This document shows positions 19,267-29,971 of a stretch of DNA of 35,244 nucleotides, in pieces (within the stretch, counting starts at the first letter, position 1; every line of letters starts with the position of its first letter). The stretch covers positions 1 through 35,244 of the forward strand of contig MRSU01007882.1 in assembly GCA_008369845.1 (NCBI GenBank), in the 5' to 3' direction. Source of the DNA: Trichomonas gallinae. Taxonomy: Eukaryota. The notes below the pieces were generated by a model. The model ran no database searches. It was not told the origin of the DNA and saw nothing but the letters and a program-made list of their open reading frames with translations. The position numbers and the translations under genes were made by a program.

Positions 19267-19571
19267 ACAAAATGATTTCTGACTTTACAAATTTACATGG
19301 CAAAAAATATTTCTCACCAAAATCATTGAGTCACGCATAATATTTATAGGCAAAAAGTGAAATCATTATGATACTCATTAATTTGCCACAAATTACATTG
19401 TTTCATCTTTATATTATTGAAAATTTGAGTAATAAAAGTATTCATTTAGACAATATGAATAGAAAGAATGCGTTAATGCATCCAAATAATGGTGCTGATC
19501 ATCGAAAAATTAATAAAAAAAATTCATATTAATTTAACTACTAAAAAACGAACAATTTTTTATTATTAATA

Positions 19572-22475
19572 TCACATTAAAAGAGGAGATAAGATCCTAT
19601 TCCTATATTCATCATCACCAATGAACTCTCTTACAGCCTGTTTCGTGTTTTCATCTTTCTGTACTAATATTTTTTGCGCTTCAAACAGTTCCTGAGTCTT
19701 CTCGAGCGAAATTCCCATTCTTGTCCTTATTTCCTGCGTTGCGCAGAACAGCATGCAACTGAGAAGTATGTTCTGCTTGTCTATCTCTGAGTCTGTGCAT
19801 CCATCCTTGAAGTTCTCGAAGTGAAGATCAACCATTTCGCCGTTTTCTTCGAAATCGTCGAGTTCAATTACATTCATTGTCTGAATCAGTTGCTCTTTGA
19901 GCTCATCGATCATCTGGAACTGGCCAACGCACACCCAGATCAGCTGGCACATACTGATAGCGAATGGACGTGTTGATTCTCTGTTTGTGTAGATATAATT
20001 CCACCAGCCTTTGATTGTTTCGATGTTTTCGAGGATCTTTTCGCGGGAGATGAGCTTCTTAGTGATATGCAATGTAAGCAAGTGGGATTCTTCGCGGAGA
20101 TAAATTATCGGAAGATCTGGTCTCAGCTGCTCAAGGGTGAGATTGAGCACAACTTCACGGAGTTGATCTGGCAGAACATCGTGTCTTATCATAACCCAAA
20201 GAATTCTGAGGCAAACGTAAATTACGCCTTCATCACACAATTCTCCCATGCGAATCAAGGATAATGTGAAGCGGAATATCTCAGTGATCTCAGGTGATGG
20301 TTTCGTTACGCAGAAAGTAATTAATTTGAGCATTGCAATCATCAAAGATATGCTAATGTCAGTTGATTCAGGTGGAACACCGCCCAAAACTTCGAAATTC
20401 CCAGATATGTAATCAATAATAGTGTCAAGGCCAAGTTGACGAATATTATCTGGAAGTTCGGTGCCGAACAAACGGAAAATGGTGCTGATGTTCAGCATAA
20501 CGTGGACAACTGTGGAAATTTCTGGGCAGGTCCTGCTCATATCCAGCATCATCGAAATAATTTGATTGGCGTTTTCATTATCCAAATGTGGTCCAATGAC
20601 AACGAAGATGTCTGCAGCGCAGTAGACGAGGCTTGGTTCTGAACTATTGAGCCAATCTACGCCAACTTCGATAATATGCTGAGTGAATGGGAATTTGGCA
20701 TATTGAGCGAGCTTAGCTGCAGATACTATAGTTGTCTGAGCGTAGAAAACGTTTTCTTCGTTGAAAATGCAAGATTCGATGATTTCAGAATATTCAAGAG
20801 CGGATTCGCCTACCTGTTGTGGGTAGGCTTCTGTCAGATCAGCAAGGTGATTAATTGCATGTGAGCAATATTCAATTTCTCCTGTATCAAATAATCTTGA
20901 TATTGCTCCGAAGGTCATAGGCAATAACTCTTCACGTATCTGGGAGTTTAAGCATATGAGCTCTATTCCGATGTATAATGCGCCATCAACAAGGTCGAAA
21001 TCATCGTCAGCGTATAATGGAGCGATAAAGTTAGCGATTTCCCATGCATCAGAATCTGATATGATGAATTCAGTTCTCATCTGCCTGAAGACCGCGTATA
21101 AGTATAATCCTAAGATGTCGTCTGAAATTTGATGTGCTAAGTTTAATAAAGGCATCAAATGGCCAGTAATTGTAACGCAAATTACTTCATTTACGTGTGT
21201 TAGTGCTTGAATGGCTGTAAATCTGAGGTCTGAGCTTTCTGATATGACGAAAGGAATAATTAAATTTAGAATGAATTCGAAATTGATGATACTGAAGCCG
21301 AAGAATATTGGCATTTTGTTTATGATATGACATATCGTTGTTCGTATCAAATAATGTTCTTCTAGCGGCAATGCTGCAATTACGAATTGTTGGAAGTAAT
21401 CCCAATGAGACACGAACCAGTTTGGATAGTTCTCCATAAGCGAAAGGAATATGATCAAGCATGTAACAGCTGCTTGTGATGTATCGATTTGTCTTAATTC
21501 TTCAACTTTTTGCAAGCTAAAATCGCAAATCATTTTATGATCGAAGCACGCGAAGAGAATATTGAGAAGTTCGACAAATTTTTCAATCAAAAGCGTTGAT
21601 GTAATATAATCTGCATCTAAAATTAAGTTAATGAGACAGTTTGTGATCTTAACGCTGTGGTCAATCGAAATGTCTTTTATGCTCTTGCCGAACATGAATA
21701 AAGGAATCAATCTATAATAAATATTGAGAGATTTGTCTTGCGAATATTCGATTGCAATGTTTGCAAAGTCGTAGAAAATCGGTATCTGTGCTGCAATTTC
21801 TGAGAATATCACGCCAAGCTGATGCCAAAAGATATTGTAAACAGGAAATTCAAATTGTCGAGAATTCTTGGCCATGTCTAAAAACTTTGGAAACATGTAT
21901 TGAATATTCTCGGCGCGATCAGGATACAAAGACGCGTAAAAACCGACGAGTTTCAAGAAAACCACGGGCGCGATATTTGATTTTGAGCCTAAAAGCTTCT
22001 CTGCGTAGCTGAAAGTGAAGTTTGTATCGTTAACGATTGTTTGCATAAGGATATCTTTCTCCAAATGGTCATGAATCTGTATACCATATTCATCTTGATA
22101 TTTCATATTCTTAGTAACTTCGTCAAATTCACGCCATTCTGCGTCGCAACCTTTGAGTAGGCGCATAGGAATTGGAGCAAAGTATTTGAAATCAGCTTTA
22201 TCCAAATGATTAATCATTTCAGGCAGCAACTTTCGCATTTGAGTGAGTTGTTCTTGGGTAAACGTCGACATATTCGTGCGAATAACAGTTTCCATTAAGT
22301 TGCAAGCCTGAAATTTAACCATTTGGTCTGATGTTGTTTCTAAAAGGTTAGAAAGACTTACAAAGAAGTCGAAAGGTGACTTGTTTAGCTCATTGTATAT
22401 CTCTAGAGCGTGTTCTTGCTTTTGCTGGTCACCTTCGTTAATAAGATTAATAAGAATTTCAACATTAGAACTCAT
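19572..22475 (-). CDS. HEAT-repeat protein, importin-beta family-like (importin-4/5-like N-terminus), 967 aa
   Basis: Acidic, all-helical. The N-terminus (SPFDFFVSLSNLLETTSDQMVKFQACNLMETVIR...EQLTQMRKLL) fits the IBN_N pattern; HEAT-type motifs SDLRFTAIQAL and HYLIRTTICHII. Confidence 0.68.
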   Translation of the reverse strand: MSSNVEILINLINEGDQQKQEHALEIYNELNKSPFDFFVSLSNLLETTSDQMVKFQACNLMETVIRTNMSTFTQEQLTQMRKLLPEMINHLDKADFKYFAPIPMRLLKGCDAEWREFDEVTKNMKYQDEYGIQIHDHLEKDILMQTIVNDTNFTFSYAEKLLGSKSNIAPVVFLKLVGFYASLYPDRAENIQYMFPKFLDMAKNSRQFEFPVYNIFWHQLGVIFSEIAAQIPIFYDFANIAIEYSQDKSLNIYYRLIPLFMFGKSIKDISIDHSVKITNCLINLILDADYITSTLLIEKFVELLNILFACFDHKMICDFSLQKVEELRQIDTSQAAVTCLIIFLSLMENYPNWFVSHWDYFQQFVIAALPLEEHYLIRTTICHIINKMPIFFGFSIINFEFILNLIIPFVISESSDLRFTAIQALTHVNEVICVTITGHLMPLLNLAHQISDDILGLYLYAVFRQMRTEFIISDSDAWEIANFIAPLYADDDFDLVDGALYIGIELICLNSQIREELLPMTFGAISRLFDTGEIEYCSHAINHLADLTEAYPQQVGESALEYSEIIESCIFNEENVFYAQTTIVSAAKLAQYAKFPFTQHIIEVGVDWLNSSEPSLVYCAADIFVVIGPHLDNENANQIISMMLDMSRTCPEISTVVHVMLNISTIFRLFGTELPDNIRQLGLDTIIDYISGNFEVLGGVPPESTDISISLMIAMLKLITFCVTKPSPEITEIFRFTLSLIRMGELCDEGVIYVCLRILWVMIRHDVLPDQLREVVLNLTLEQLRPDLPIIYLREESHLLTLHITKKLISREKILENIETIKGWWNYIYTNRESTRPFAISMCQLIWVCVGQFQMIDELKEQLIQTMNVIELDDFEENGEMVDLHFENFKDGCTDSEIDKQNILLSCMLFCATQEIRTRMGISLEKTQELFEAQKILVQKDENTKQAVREFIGDDEYRNRILSPLLM

Positions 22476-22507
22476 TAATATAAAAATGTGACAATTTTTA
22501 CAAATTT

Positions 22508-22515
22508 GTCACTTT
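22508..22515 (-). promoter_or_regulatory. M2-type motif AAAGTGAC
   Basis: Exact AAAGTGAC on the minus strand 33-40 nt upstream of ATG 22475, flanked by further GTGAC/TGTCAC variants. Confidence 0.62.
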
Positions 22516-23269
22516 TCTGTCACGTTTTGTAACTCATTGAAAATTATAAAAATGTTATCGAATTCATTTTGATTTTTAACCTTCGAAACAGCATCTTTGG
22601 GTGATAATGAGCATTCATGAAATAAAAAGTTTTTTAATTCAAAGAAATTAACAATATAATTGATGAGCATAACACATAGACCATAATGGAAGAATTTTGA
22701 TTTTCATTCGTTTTCAGAAAAAAATTGAAAATCATTTGCAAAAATTACAAAAAAACCGTGAATATCAGCAGATTTTAAAAATCATGTTTATAGAAATATT
22801 GTATTTTATGTTATTAGCATGGATTTTCAGTTGAAATCGCCAATAAAAATCCAATAATTTCTCTCAAACTCGTTTAACTTTACAGGCCTGAATAAATGAG
22901 AGATGTCAATCATTTCATGGAAAAAAACGACATTCATTTCTGTAGAAATGACAAACTAAAAATCAAAAATTTTTCATTTTGATAATGAAGAGTAGTATAC
23001 AAAACGGCTTTAGTATGTATTAAATGAACATTGTAGATATTGTAATTATCGAATTAAAAATGAATTCTGCGTAAGTAAACGAATTTGAATGATTGAATAG
23101 TGATAGAAATTACACAATATCTGATTTACGCAATCTTTCTATCATATATAACCATTGTATTGGTCAGAAATCATGTATTTTCAATCATTTTTCCCGTAAT
23201 TTCGCATCTTGAGTATTGTAAGGACTTTAGTGAGTAGTAGATCGTCATGTATGTATATATATCGATCTA

Positions 23270-23514
23270 CAAGGCGTTTGATGCTCTTGCAGGTCAATTT
23301 CGATGAAAGTAATAATAGTTAGTCGAAATAATGGCTTTCTTGTATTGAAAATTCCACAGATGACTTTACTATCAAGGAATCTGCAGTAAAAGAAGGAATC
23401 TTTGCGGAATTCGAATAATTCGTTATTAGTAAAGATAATGAAGGGTCCTGTAGGTTATTTACACGTAATAGTCGCGATATTCAAGGGATTTGTTGCTCTT
23501 GTAGGCCAAATTCG
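23270..23514. repeat. Dispersed imperfect 33-bp direct repeat (23270-23302 and 23482-23514)
   Basis: CAAGGCGTTTGATGCTCTTGCAGGTCAATTTCG vs CAAGGGATTTGTTGCTCTTGTAGGCCAAATTCG; 27/33 identical, ungapped. Confidence 0.8.
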
Positions 23515-23606
23515 TGATCAATGAATTGATTCACAAAAATTCTTCGTTTTCTATCTCTAAGAGAAGCTTAGAAAGTTGTAAATCGTAGTAATAGCGAATA
23601 ATTATA

Positions 23607-24719
23607 TCAATAATACCAAAACTTAACGCCTGGTGGTACTACATCTCTAAAGTCTTTCAAGTTATAATTCATTGACATCTTTAAAGCAGTCTGCGCGCTT
23701 TTCCTATTTGCCATAGCAGGATCAGCGTATGCTAAAGGCGCCTGGCGCTGATGCTCTGAATAAACACGCATCAACTCTACAACTTTGTTGGTATTTTCAT
23801 CATTGAAAAATTCGGCTTGTTTCTTTTTGCTTAGTTTTGGAGACTTAAGAATTGGGACAGCGATATTCTCTTTTTTATCAAGATGATCATCTATAACTTT
23901 ACCCCATTCTATTATTGCTTTCGTTGAGCCGCCGAATTTCGAGCCGTTGAGCGCAGTTTTAGCACTATCTGCTGCTTGATGCGTCTCCATGACAACGGTC
24001 GCCCAAGACTGGTTCGATGAGTCTATTGTAGCACTTAGGACCTTACCAAATGCACGAAAGTTCTGGATAAGAGTCTCTTCTTTAACGATTTCTGGATCTA
24101 TATTTGAAATAAACAAAGTCGTGTTTTTTGCGTCAATAATGTTCTCAGCCGCACTTATTCTGTTCTGTGTACCTTCTTTAACCTTTAAAATATGGCCATT
24201 AAACTTAACATTATTCAAAGTATTAATTGCTGCGAGCACTTCGTGATGTTTACTGAATTTAACGAATCCGTATCCTTTAGAGTTACCTTTTTCATCGTGT
24301 ATTAATCGTGCATTGATTGCGCTGGGGAAATATCTTCTGAAAAATTCTAATATTTCGCTATCTTTGACATCAGATGGGATTCCACCTACATAGCAAGAGA
24401 ATCCTTCTGCTTTTGCCATAGTATCTGCATCAGAATCGAAAGTATTACTTCCCCAACCTAATTTGAATTTATTTCCTGAATGATCAGGTACATCTGTACC
24501 ATTTAGTAGTCTTATAACTTCAGCCGCATCATCTTTAGAAGGAAAAACTAAGAATCCATAATTGAGCAAACTCCCTGTTGCTTTATCTTTAGCAAACCAA
24601 CATGATTTTGGCTGTTTGCCTGTCATTGATTTGACATCATTCATTAAGGATTCTTCATCTTTCCAAATATTGGTATTGCCGACCCATAACTGAGTCATGG
24701 ACCAATATTTGACAAACAT
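23607..24719 (-). CDS. Three-RRM RNA-binding protein, Nam8/RBP45-47/TRNAU1AP-like, 370 aa
   Basis: RRM1 LWVGN...NYGFLVF...LNGTDVP..FKLGW; RRM2 CYVGGI...EFFRRYFPS...SKGYGFVKF; RRM3 NTTLFISNI...FG.V. Alternative start at the second Met (24698). Confidence 0.85.
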   Translation of the reverse strand: MFVKYWSMTQLWVGNTNIWKDEESLMNDVKSMTGKQPKSCWFAKDKATGSLLNYGFLVFPSKDDAAEVIRLLNGTDVPDHSGNKFKLGWGSNTFDSDADTMAKAEGFSCYVGGIPSDVKDSEILEFFRRYFPSAINARLIHDEKGNSKGYGFVKFSKHHEVLAAINTLNNVKFNGHILKVKEGTQNRISAAENIIDAKNTTLFISNIDPEIVKEETLIQNFRAFGKVLSATIDSSNQSWATVVMETHQAADSAKTALNGSKFGGSTKAIIEWGKVIDDHLDKKENIAVPILKSPKLSKKKQAEFFNDENTNKVVELMRVYSEHQRQAPLAYADPAMANRKSAQTALKMSMNYNLKDFRDVVPPGVKFWYY

Positions 24720-24859
24720 ATAATTCTACACGACAAATTTAATCATTTACACCGCAAAAATAATATTTTTCTTGTCAAAATTTTAATATTTGACATTTGT
24801 ATTTTACAAGACAGATTTTTCTAATTTTTTGAAAGTAAACGATTTCATAACAATCATCA

Positions 24860-25572
24860 ATGTTTCCTGGAGAAGTTGAAGCTCTTCAGACAAAGTATGA
24901 ATTACAAAAATATTTGAGAAATAGAACTATGCTCAACTTATTCATGTATCTCTTTCATATATAGTTGAAACGTATAAAAATGATTCATTTTGAACGAATT
25001 TGCCAATATTTAACTGACCAATATATACTAATTCTACAAAACTTATCCATTACAATCTAAATACAATCTTTATCCATATTATAATTTTTCAATCTCAAAT
25101 ATCATCTAATATGAGTATAAACCTATTTATATATTAAATAAACTTGAATTCATTATGATAATTAACTATCATCCATATATCACTGAGTTGGCTATGCAAC
25201 TAATCTGATCTCAGTTTATTAAAGTGGAAACACATTATAATCTGTACTCATTAGGAAGGTGACATAAGTAGCTCACAAACCTATGTCGATTTATTCTATA
25301 ATCGCTAACCTTTGATAACTTTTAATACATATTTCTTGGAAAACTGATTAATTTGCTAACTATTACCTGTTATTCGATTTGGAACATGCTAGCTATGCTA
25401 TATCAAATGTTTATGAGTTATATAATCAAATGTCCAAAAAGAAATTTATTGAAAATGAATGGAGGTCAATTTTGTTGAAGAATCTATGACTATTTTAGGT
25501 GATAAAATGATTGAAATGCGTAGCGAATTGATGAGAACATATATTTTTCTCAAAAAATTCCGAGGAAAATAA
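24860..25572 (+). pseudogene. Possible decayed gene divergent from the RRM gene
   Basis: TCATA/TCATC then ATG 24860 (MFPGEVEALQTKYELQKYLRNRTMLNFIHVSLSYIVETYKNDSF*). Later fragment YLLFDLEHASYAISNVYELYNQMSKKKFIENEWRSILLKNL*. No family recognised. Confidence 0.3.
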
Positions 25573-26301
25573 TTGGTTTAAGAAGGAAGGAACTTGATCA
25601 TGTTAGATACAAATTATCAAACTTTGATGTTAAATGATTTCAACATTCAAAATAGAATGTAATAATTTTATGTTTAAAGATTAGCAACAGGAAGTAAATA
25701 TTAAGCAAGAGTAAAGATTAAAATCACGATATTTATTTGATAATTTGAAAAAAGTGAGAATTTGAAAAATGAAAAAATAGCGTTTTTTAATTTGAAAAAG
25801 TCATCGGTTGAGCGGAAAATATTCTTAATTAAGGGTGTAGCATCATAGAACATAAGAAAAAATTATTGTGAAACAGTTATATTTGTCACATTTTATTTGA
25901 ATTGAAAAAATTTGAATTGAATATTTTGAGAATGATTATTCTTTCGTTCTGAATGCATCCATTATAACAATATTTTTCGATATTTTTAATTTCAGAAAAA
26001 ATTTAGCGGTATTGAATTTGAAAATTTCTCGAATGCATATTATTACATAGTGTATATTTTTTGTATCAAATTATTTCAAAGTATTTCAAAATAAAATGTT
26101 GAATAATCAATCAAAATAACAATCAAAGCACATAATTCCATTGTTCTGCAATTCAAAATATTTCAATTGAAAACTATTCAATTCTCAAACGTCATCTTAA
26201 AGTTTGATCAGTTTTAGGTAATATATATGATTGTCAACTTCAAAAAACGAATGCTATTGAAAATATTCAATAGCACTAACAAAATAGAAAAACTAAAAAA
26301 A

Positions 26302-27276
26302 ATGTATGAAAGTGAACGCCAATTCTTTGCTCAGCAGGATCTACAGTTTGAGAAGATAATCGCTAAGGGTGGTTATGGAACTATCTTCTACGTGTACAAC
26401 AAGATATATCATAATAATTTTGCTCTGAAAAAAATCCCCAAAGAAATGTTCAACCAAACCGAGATTGACTGCTTAATTCGTATTGATGATCCAAGAATTG
26501 TTAGCTTGTTTAAGTACTACCACTTTCAAGACTCAGTCTATATGCTAATGGAATACTGCCCTTCAGATCTTCAAAAAATTGTTAAGAACAAGACAAAGAT
26601 GGCTCCACATGAGTTCAAAAAGATCGTATATGACACAATAGCTGCAGTTAAAGCATGCCATGACAGAAATATCGCGCACTGTGATATAAAACCTTCAAAC
26701 TTTATGATTGATCAATATGGCAGAGTCAAAATTGGAGACTTTGGTCTTAGTTCAATCCATAACGCAAATCCGACATCCGCCGAATTTAAGGGTACCAGAT
26801 TATTCATGGCTCCTGAGATCTTTCACTATGAGAAGTACAATCCCATGGCCTCCGACATTTGGGCGCTTGGTGTCTCGTTGTACTTTTTAGCTACAGAAAA
26901 ATTCCCATTCTTCTCAAAAGATGTTGATGGCCTCATACAGAGGATCAAAAGCGGAAATTATAATGACCTCCTGATAAGGGATGACAAATTGAGGGATGTA
27001 ATAGCAAGATGCCTAGAAGTTGATCCCCGATTAAGATTTACTTGCGCTCAACTTCTTGACATGCCTTATTTCCATGAAGAGGAAGAAGAAACAAGAGAAA
27101 ATATTAAGCTCAACAGATTGGATGTTTTCAACAGATCATCAAATTTGATTGTCAAGCCAAAAGTCAACAAGCCAAAGAACCCATTATTGATACAGGCTAA
27201 GTCAATTTACAAGGTTCCAAGCTCGTTACGCCTTCAGATGGCTGTTCCTCCACCTCCGCCACAAGAAGTTGCTTAA
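26302..27276 (+). CDS. Ser/Thr protein kinase, CAMK-like trichomonad expansion, 324 aa
   Basis: IAKGGYGTI, ALK, HCDIKPSN, DFG, GTRLFMAPE, DIWALG. Non-RD (HCD). ATG 26302 preferred over the in-frame upstream ATGs 26227 and 26251, which lie in A-rich sequence. Confidence 0.93.
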   Translation: MYESERQFFAQQDLQFEKIIAKGGYGTIFYVYNKIYHNNFALKKIPKEMFNQTEIDCLIRIDDPRIVSLFKYYHFQDSVYMLMEYCPSDLQKIVKNKTKMAPHEFKKIVYDTIAAVKACHDRNIAHCDIKPSNFMIDQYGRVKIGDFGLSSIHNANPTSAEFKGTRLFMAPEIFHYEKYNPMASDIWALGVSLYFLATEKFPFFSKDVDGLIQRIKSGNYNDLLIRDDKLRDVIARCLEVDPRLRFTCAQLLDMPYFHEEEEETRENIKLNRLDVFNRSSNLIVKPKVNKPKNPLLIQAKSIYKVPSSLRLQMAVPPPPPQEVA

Positions 27277-28507
27277 GTCATATATTGTTAGTAAATTGTT
27301 TGATATTATTGCTATTCATATATTTTGTTTTCTATGGATAAGAGAGGTTCCATAAACTCACTATTATTTTGAGAAAATAATTCGCCATTTTATCTAGAAA
27401 GGGTAGATATGAGCAGAGATACGCTCATCTGGCAATAAACATCTAAATTCACGACTTTGAAAAAGCAGAAGAGTTTTTTCCCAAAGTTTATTTGTCTTGA
27501 AATCAATTTTTGCAAATTTTTAAATAGATATATGTATGGAGTATAATATCACTTAGGTGGATCTATTCAAAAAATAAGTTTTTGAGAAGACAATTTAAAA
27601 TATTGTTTATCCTTTTTTAATTTGTAATTAAAAACAACCTATATATTTTGTATAACAATATGTGAACCAAATGTAAAGTACTCGTGAAACGTTATTAAAA
27701 ATAACTTCAGAAATATTTAGCGCCATCGGTTTTATAATTTTGGGACCTAATTGTTCGATCCGTTTAAATAAGCTCAAAATCTGCACATAGGCAAACTCGA
27801 GTATTTATGCTTAATCAAAATTTTTTACTTTTGTGAGAGAAAAATTGAATTATACGGAACAAAATGTTTTACGCATTAATGCTCATTTGAAGGCAGATTT
27901 TCGAAATCGAGCAAATGTATTCATGGGTTTATTGGTTTGTGTTGTTCAACGATCGATACATTTTTGATAGTAATAAATCCGCTCTTTAGACATTATAGAT
28001 CCATAATTACTAACTATTTCGCCCAAAATCAATTTTTATTTCAATGATTGAAAAATTGGTTGGATTTTTGTGAAATGCATAGATTTCAGTAATAGCTGTC
28101 GAAGTGATAAATATTGTCATATGACATATCTATGAGTCATTGCTTATGTTTATTTTTTGAATCGCTTGTTCAACTAACAAAAATTCTCTGAAAAGCCCTT
28201 TGTTCAACAAAAATTGGAAATTTAACTAATGTTTGATCAGCGATCTTGTGTGGTCGTAAAAATTGTAAATCACTAAAAACCGCGTCTAAATTCTCAAATT
28301 TTTCAACTCCTAGCACAAATTATGCTCTACATTCAATAACTAGCGATTATCAACCAAAATAAGCTTGGGATTAATAACATTCAATTTCTTATGATTATCG
28401 AATTGATTTTTGAGAGATGGTTCATTTTTGAGGGTAACCGCCAATCAAACCGCCACTAATTTTTGAAAATTTCAATGGAATTTTTTTAAATTTATTTTTC
28501 CAGTTTA

Positions 28508-28528
28508 AGCGGTTTCTCATTATTCATT
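28508..28528 (+). promoter_or_regulatory. M3 (Myb-recognition-like) element plus double Inr
   Basis: AGCGGTTT at 28508-28515, TCATT at 28517-28521 and 28524-28528, directly before ATG 28529. Confidence 0.65.
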
Positions 28529-29068
28529 ATGTTCTCCTTCTCATTCCAGAAGATCCCAAGCATCTTTGACCTCCCACTGCCAACTAACACCATGACATTA
28601 TTCGAACAGAACTTACCAAAGAGCCCTGTCGAGATGGTCGCAAAAGTTGACGTCAAAGTTGACCAACTTAAGGGATTGTGGTCTCCGAATGAAGATGAAA
28701 TGCTCCGCAATGCGATTTCTGCGCAGAAACAACCACTTTCCTGGGAAGATATTGCTAAATCTGTTCCAGGTAGAACACCAAAGCAATGCCGCGAGAGATG
28801 GCTCTTCAGATTATGCCCAGATGTCAATAAGGCACCATTCCAGAAATGGGAAGATGAGCTTATCGTGATAGAACGCCAGAAAATCGGAAATCATTGGACT
28901 GCAATTGCGGCTAAGCTTCCTGGCAGAACAAGCTGCGCAGTCAAGAATCGCTGGTATACAGTCCTCAGGAACAGGATAGCCAAGCCCTCTAATCAGCGCG
29001 CTTTCCATCCACCTGCTGAGACTTTGAATTATTATTATGTTCCTCAATACGTCCCTGCTTATGTTTAA
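28529..29068 (+). CDS. R2R3 Myb transcription factor, 179 aa
   Basis: KGLWSPNEDEML...WEDIAKSVPGRTPKQCRERW; FQKWEDELI...GNHWTAIAAKLPGRTSCAVKNRW. Confidence 0.95.
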   Translation: MFSFSFQKIPSIFDLPLPTNTMTLFEQNLPKSPVEMVAKVDVKVDQLKGLWSPNEDEMLRNAISAQKQPLSWEDIAKSVPGRTPKQCRERWLFRLCPDVNKAPFQKWEDELIVIERQKIGNHWTAIAAKLPGRTSCAVKNRWYTVLRNRIAKPSNQRAFHPPAETLNYYYVPQYVPAYV

Positions 29069-29971
29069 GCAATATGTTTGAATAAATCCGCGTTATATTA
29101 TTGTTTGATTTAAATAAATTGATTTTTCAAAATATATTTTTATTGTCGAATTTTGCAATATCATGTTTCTATGCTGTAAAAAAGTAATATTGGGCCTGAG
29201 AATGAATTATTCCAATACTATATGGTTACATGCTAACTTCAATGATATCTTGATCAAATGGGCTTATTTTTAAACCAATTCTTCCATCATATTATTATTC
29301 CGCATCGATATCGAAGATAAACCTATGCATTAAACTCAATATCTCACCATCGAAATAAGAAATTTCAATTCATATAATATAATTTTAGAATTCGCATTAG
29401 ATAGGTAAGCTTAATACAATTCTCAGCTCACAGCCTCAAATATGCTCGAAATTCCAATTATTTTTCGATCCTTAATCTTTATGCATCGGATTGCGAGAAT
29501 TTACAGCCATATTGAGCAGTATTATCATCATGGTCTCACTAGAACAAAGAGAATTTTGATATTTTTGTTTCAAATCCTTTATATTTTGCGTTCATTCTTT
29601 GGAAATGAGTTATATGTCTATTAAGCATCTTATATCTTAAAAGTTGATTTTTAAAAATTTATCTTGACAAAAATTATTTTTATGAATTTAATATTTATGT
29701 ATTATATAAATATTGATCATATTTTTATTTTAATTATAATAAAATTGATGTAATAATATGAGATAGTATCATATGTAGTTGCATATTTTCAAATTTAAAA
29801 GCAAAAGCTAGGATAAAACGAAGAGTTTATTTTTTGAATCCAACTTTAGCCACTTGTCTTTCAATTTTTAGTTTACATTTAACCTTATCGATAGTGATAC
29901 AATCTTTTATATATGAGCTGAGAAGATTTCATAATTGATCGGAATTGAAAGTAAGTGATGTGATTAAAATA

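Noticed and set aside
21194..21206. ACTAACACAC on the minus strand, resembling the trichomonad branch-point/3' splice motif
   Set aside because: It is followed by GT rather than AG and lies inside an uninterrupted ORF.
26218..26287. Possible 70-nt 5'-UTR intron GTAATA...ACTAACAAAATAG
   Set aside because: The 5' site does not match GTAYGT and the branch-to-AG distance is one base longer than the strict ACTAACACACAG motif; RT-PCR would settle it.
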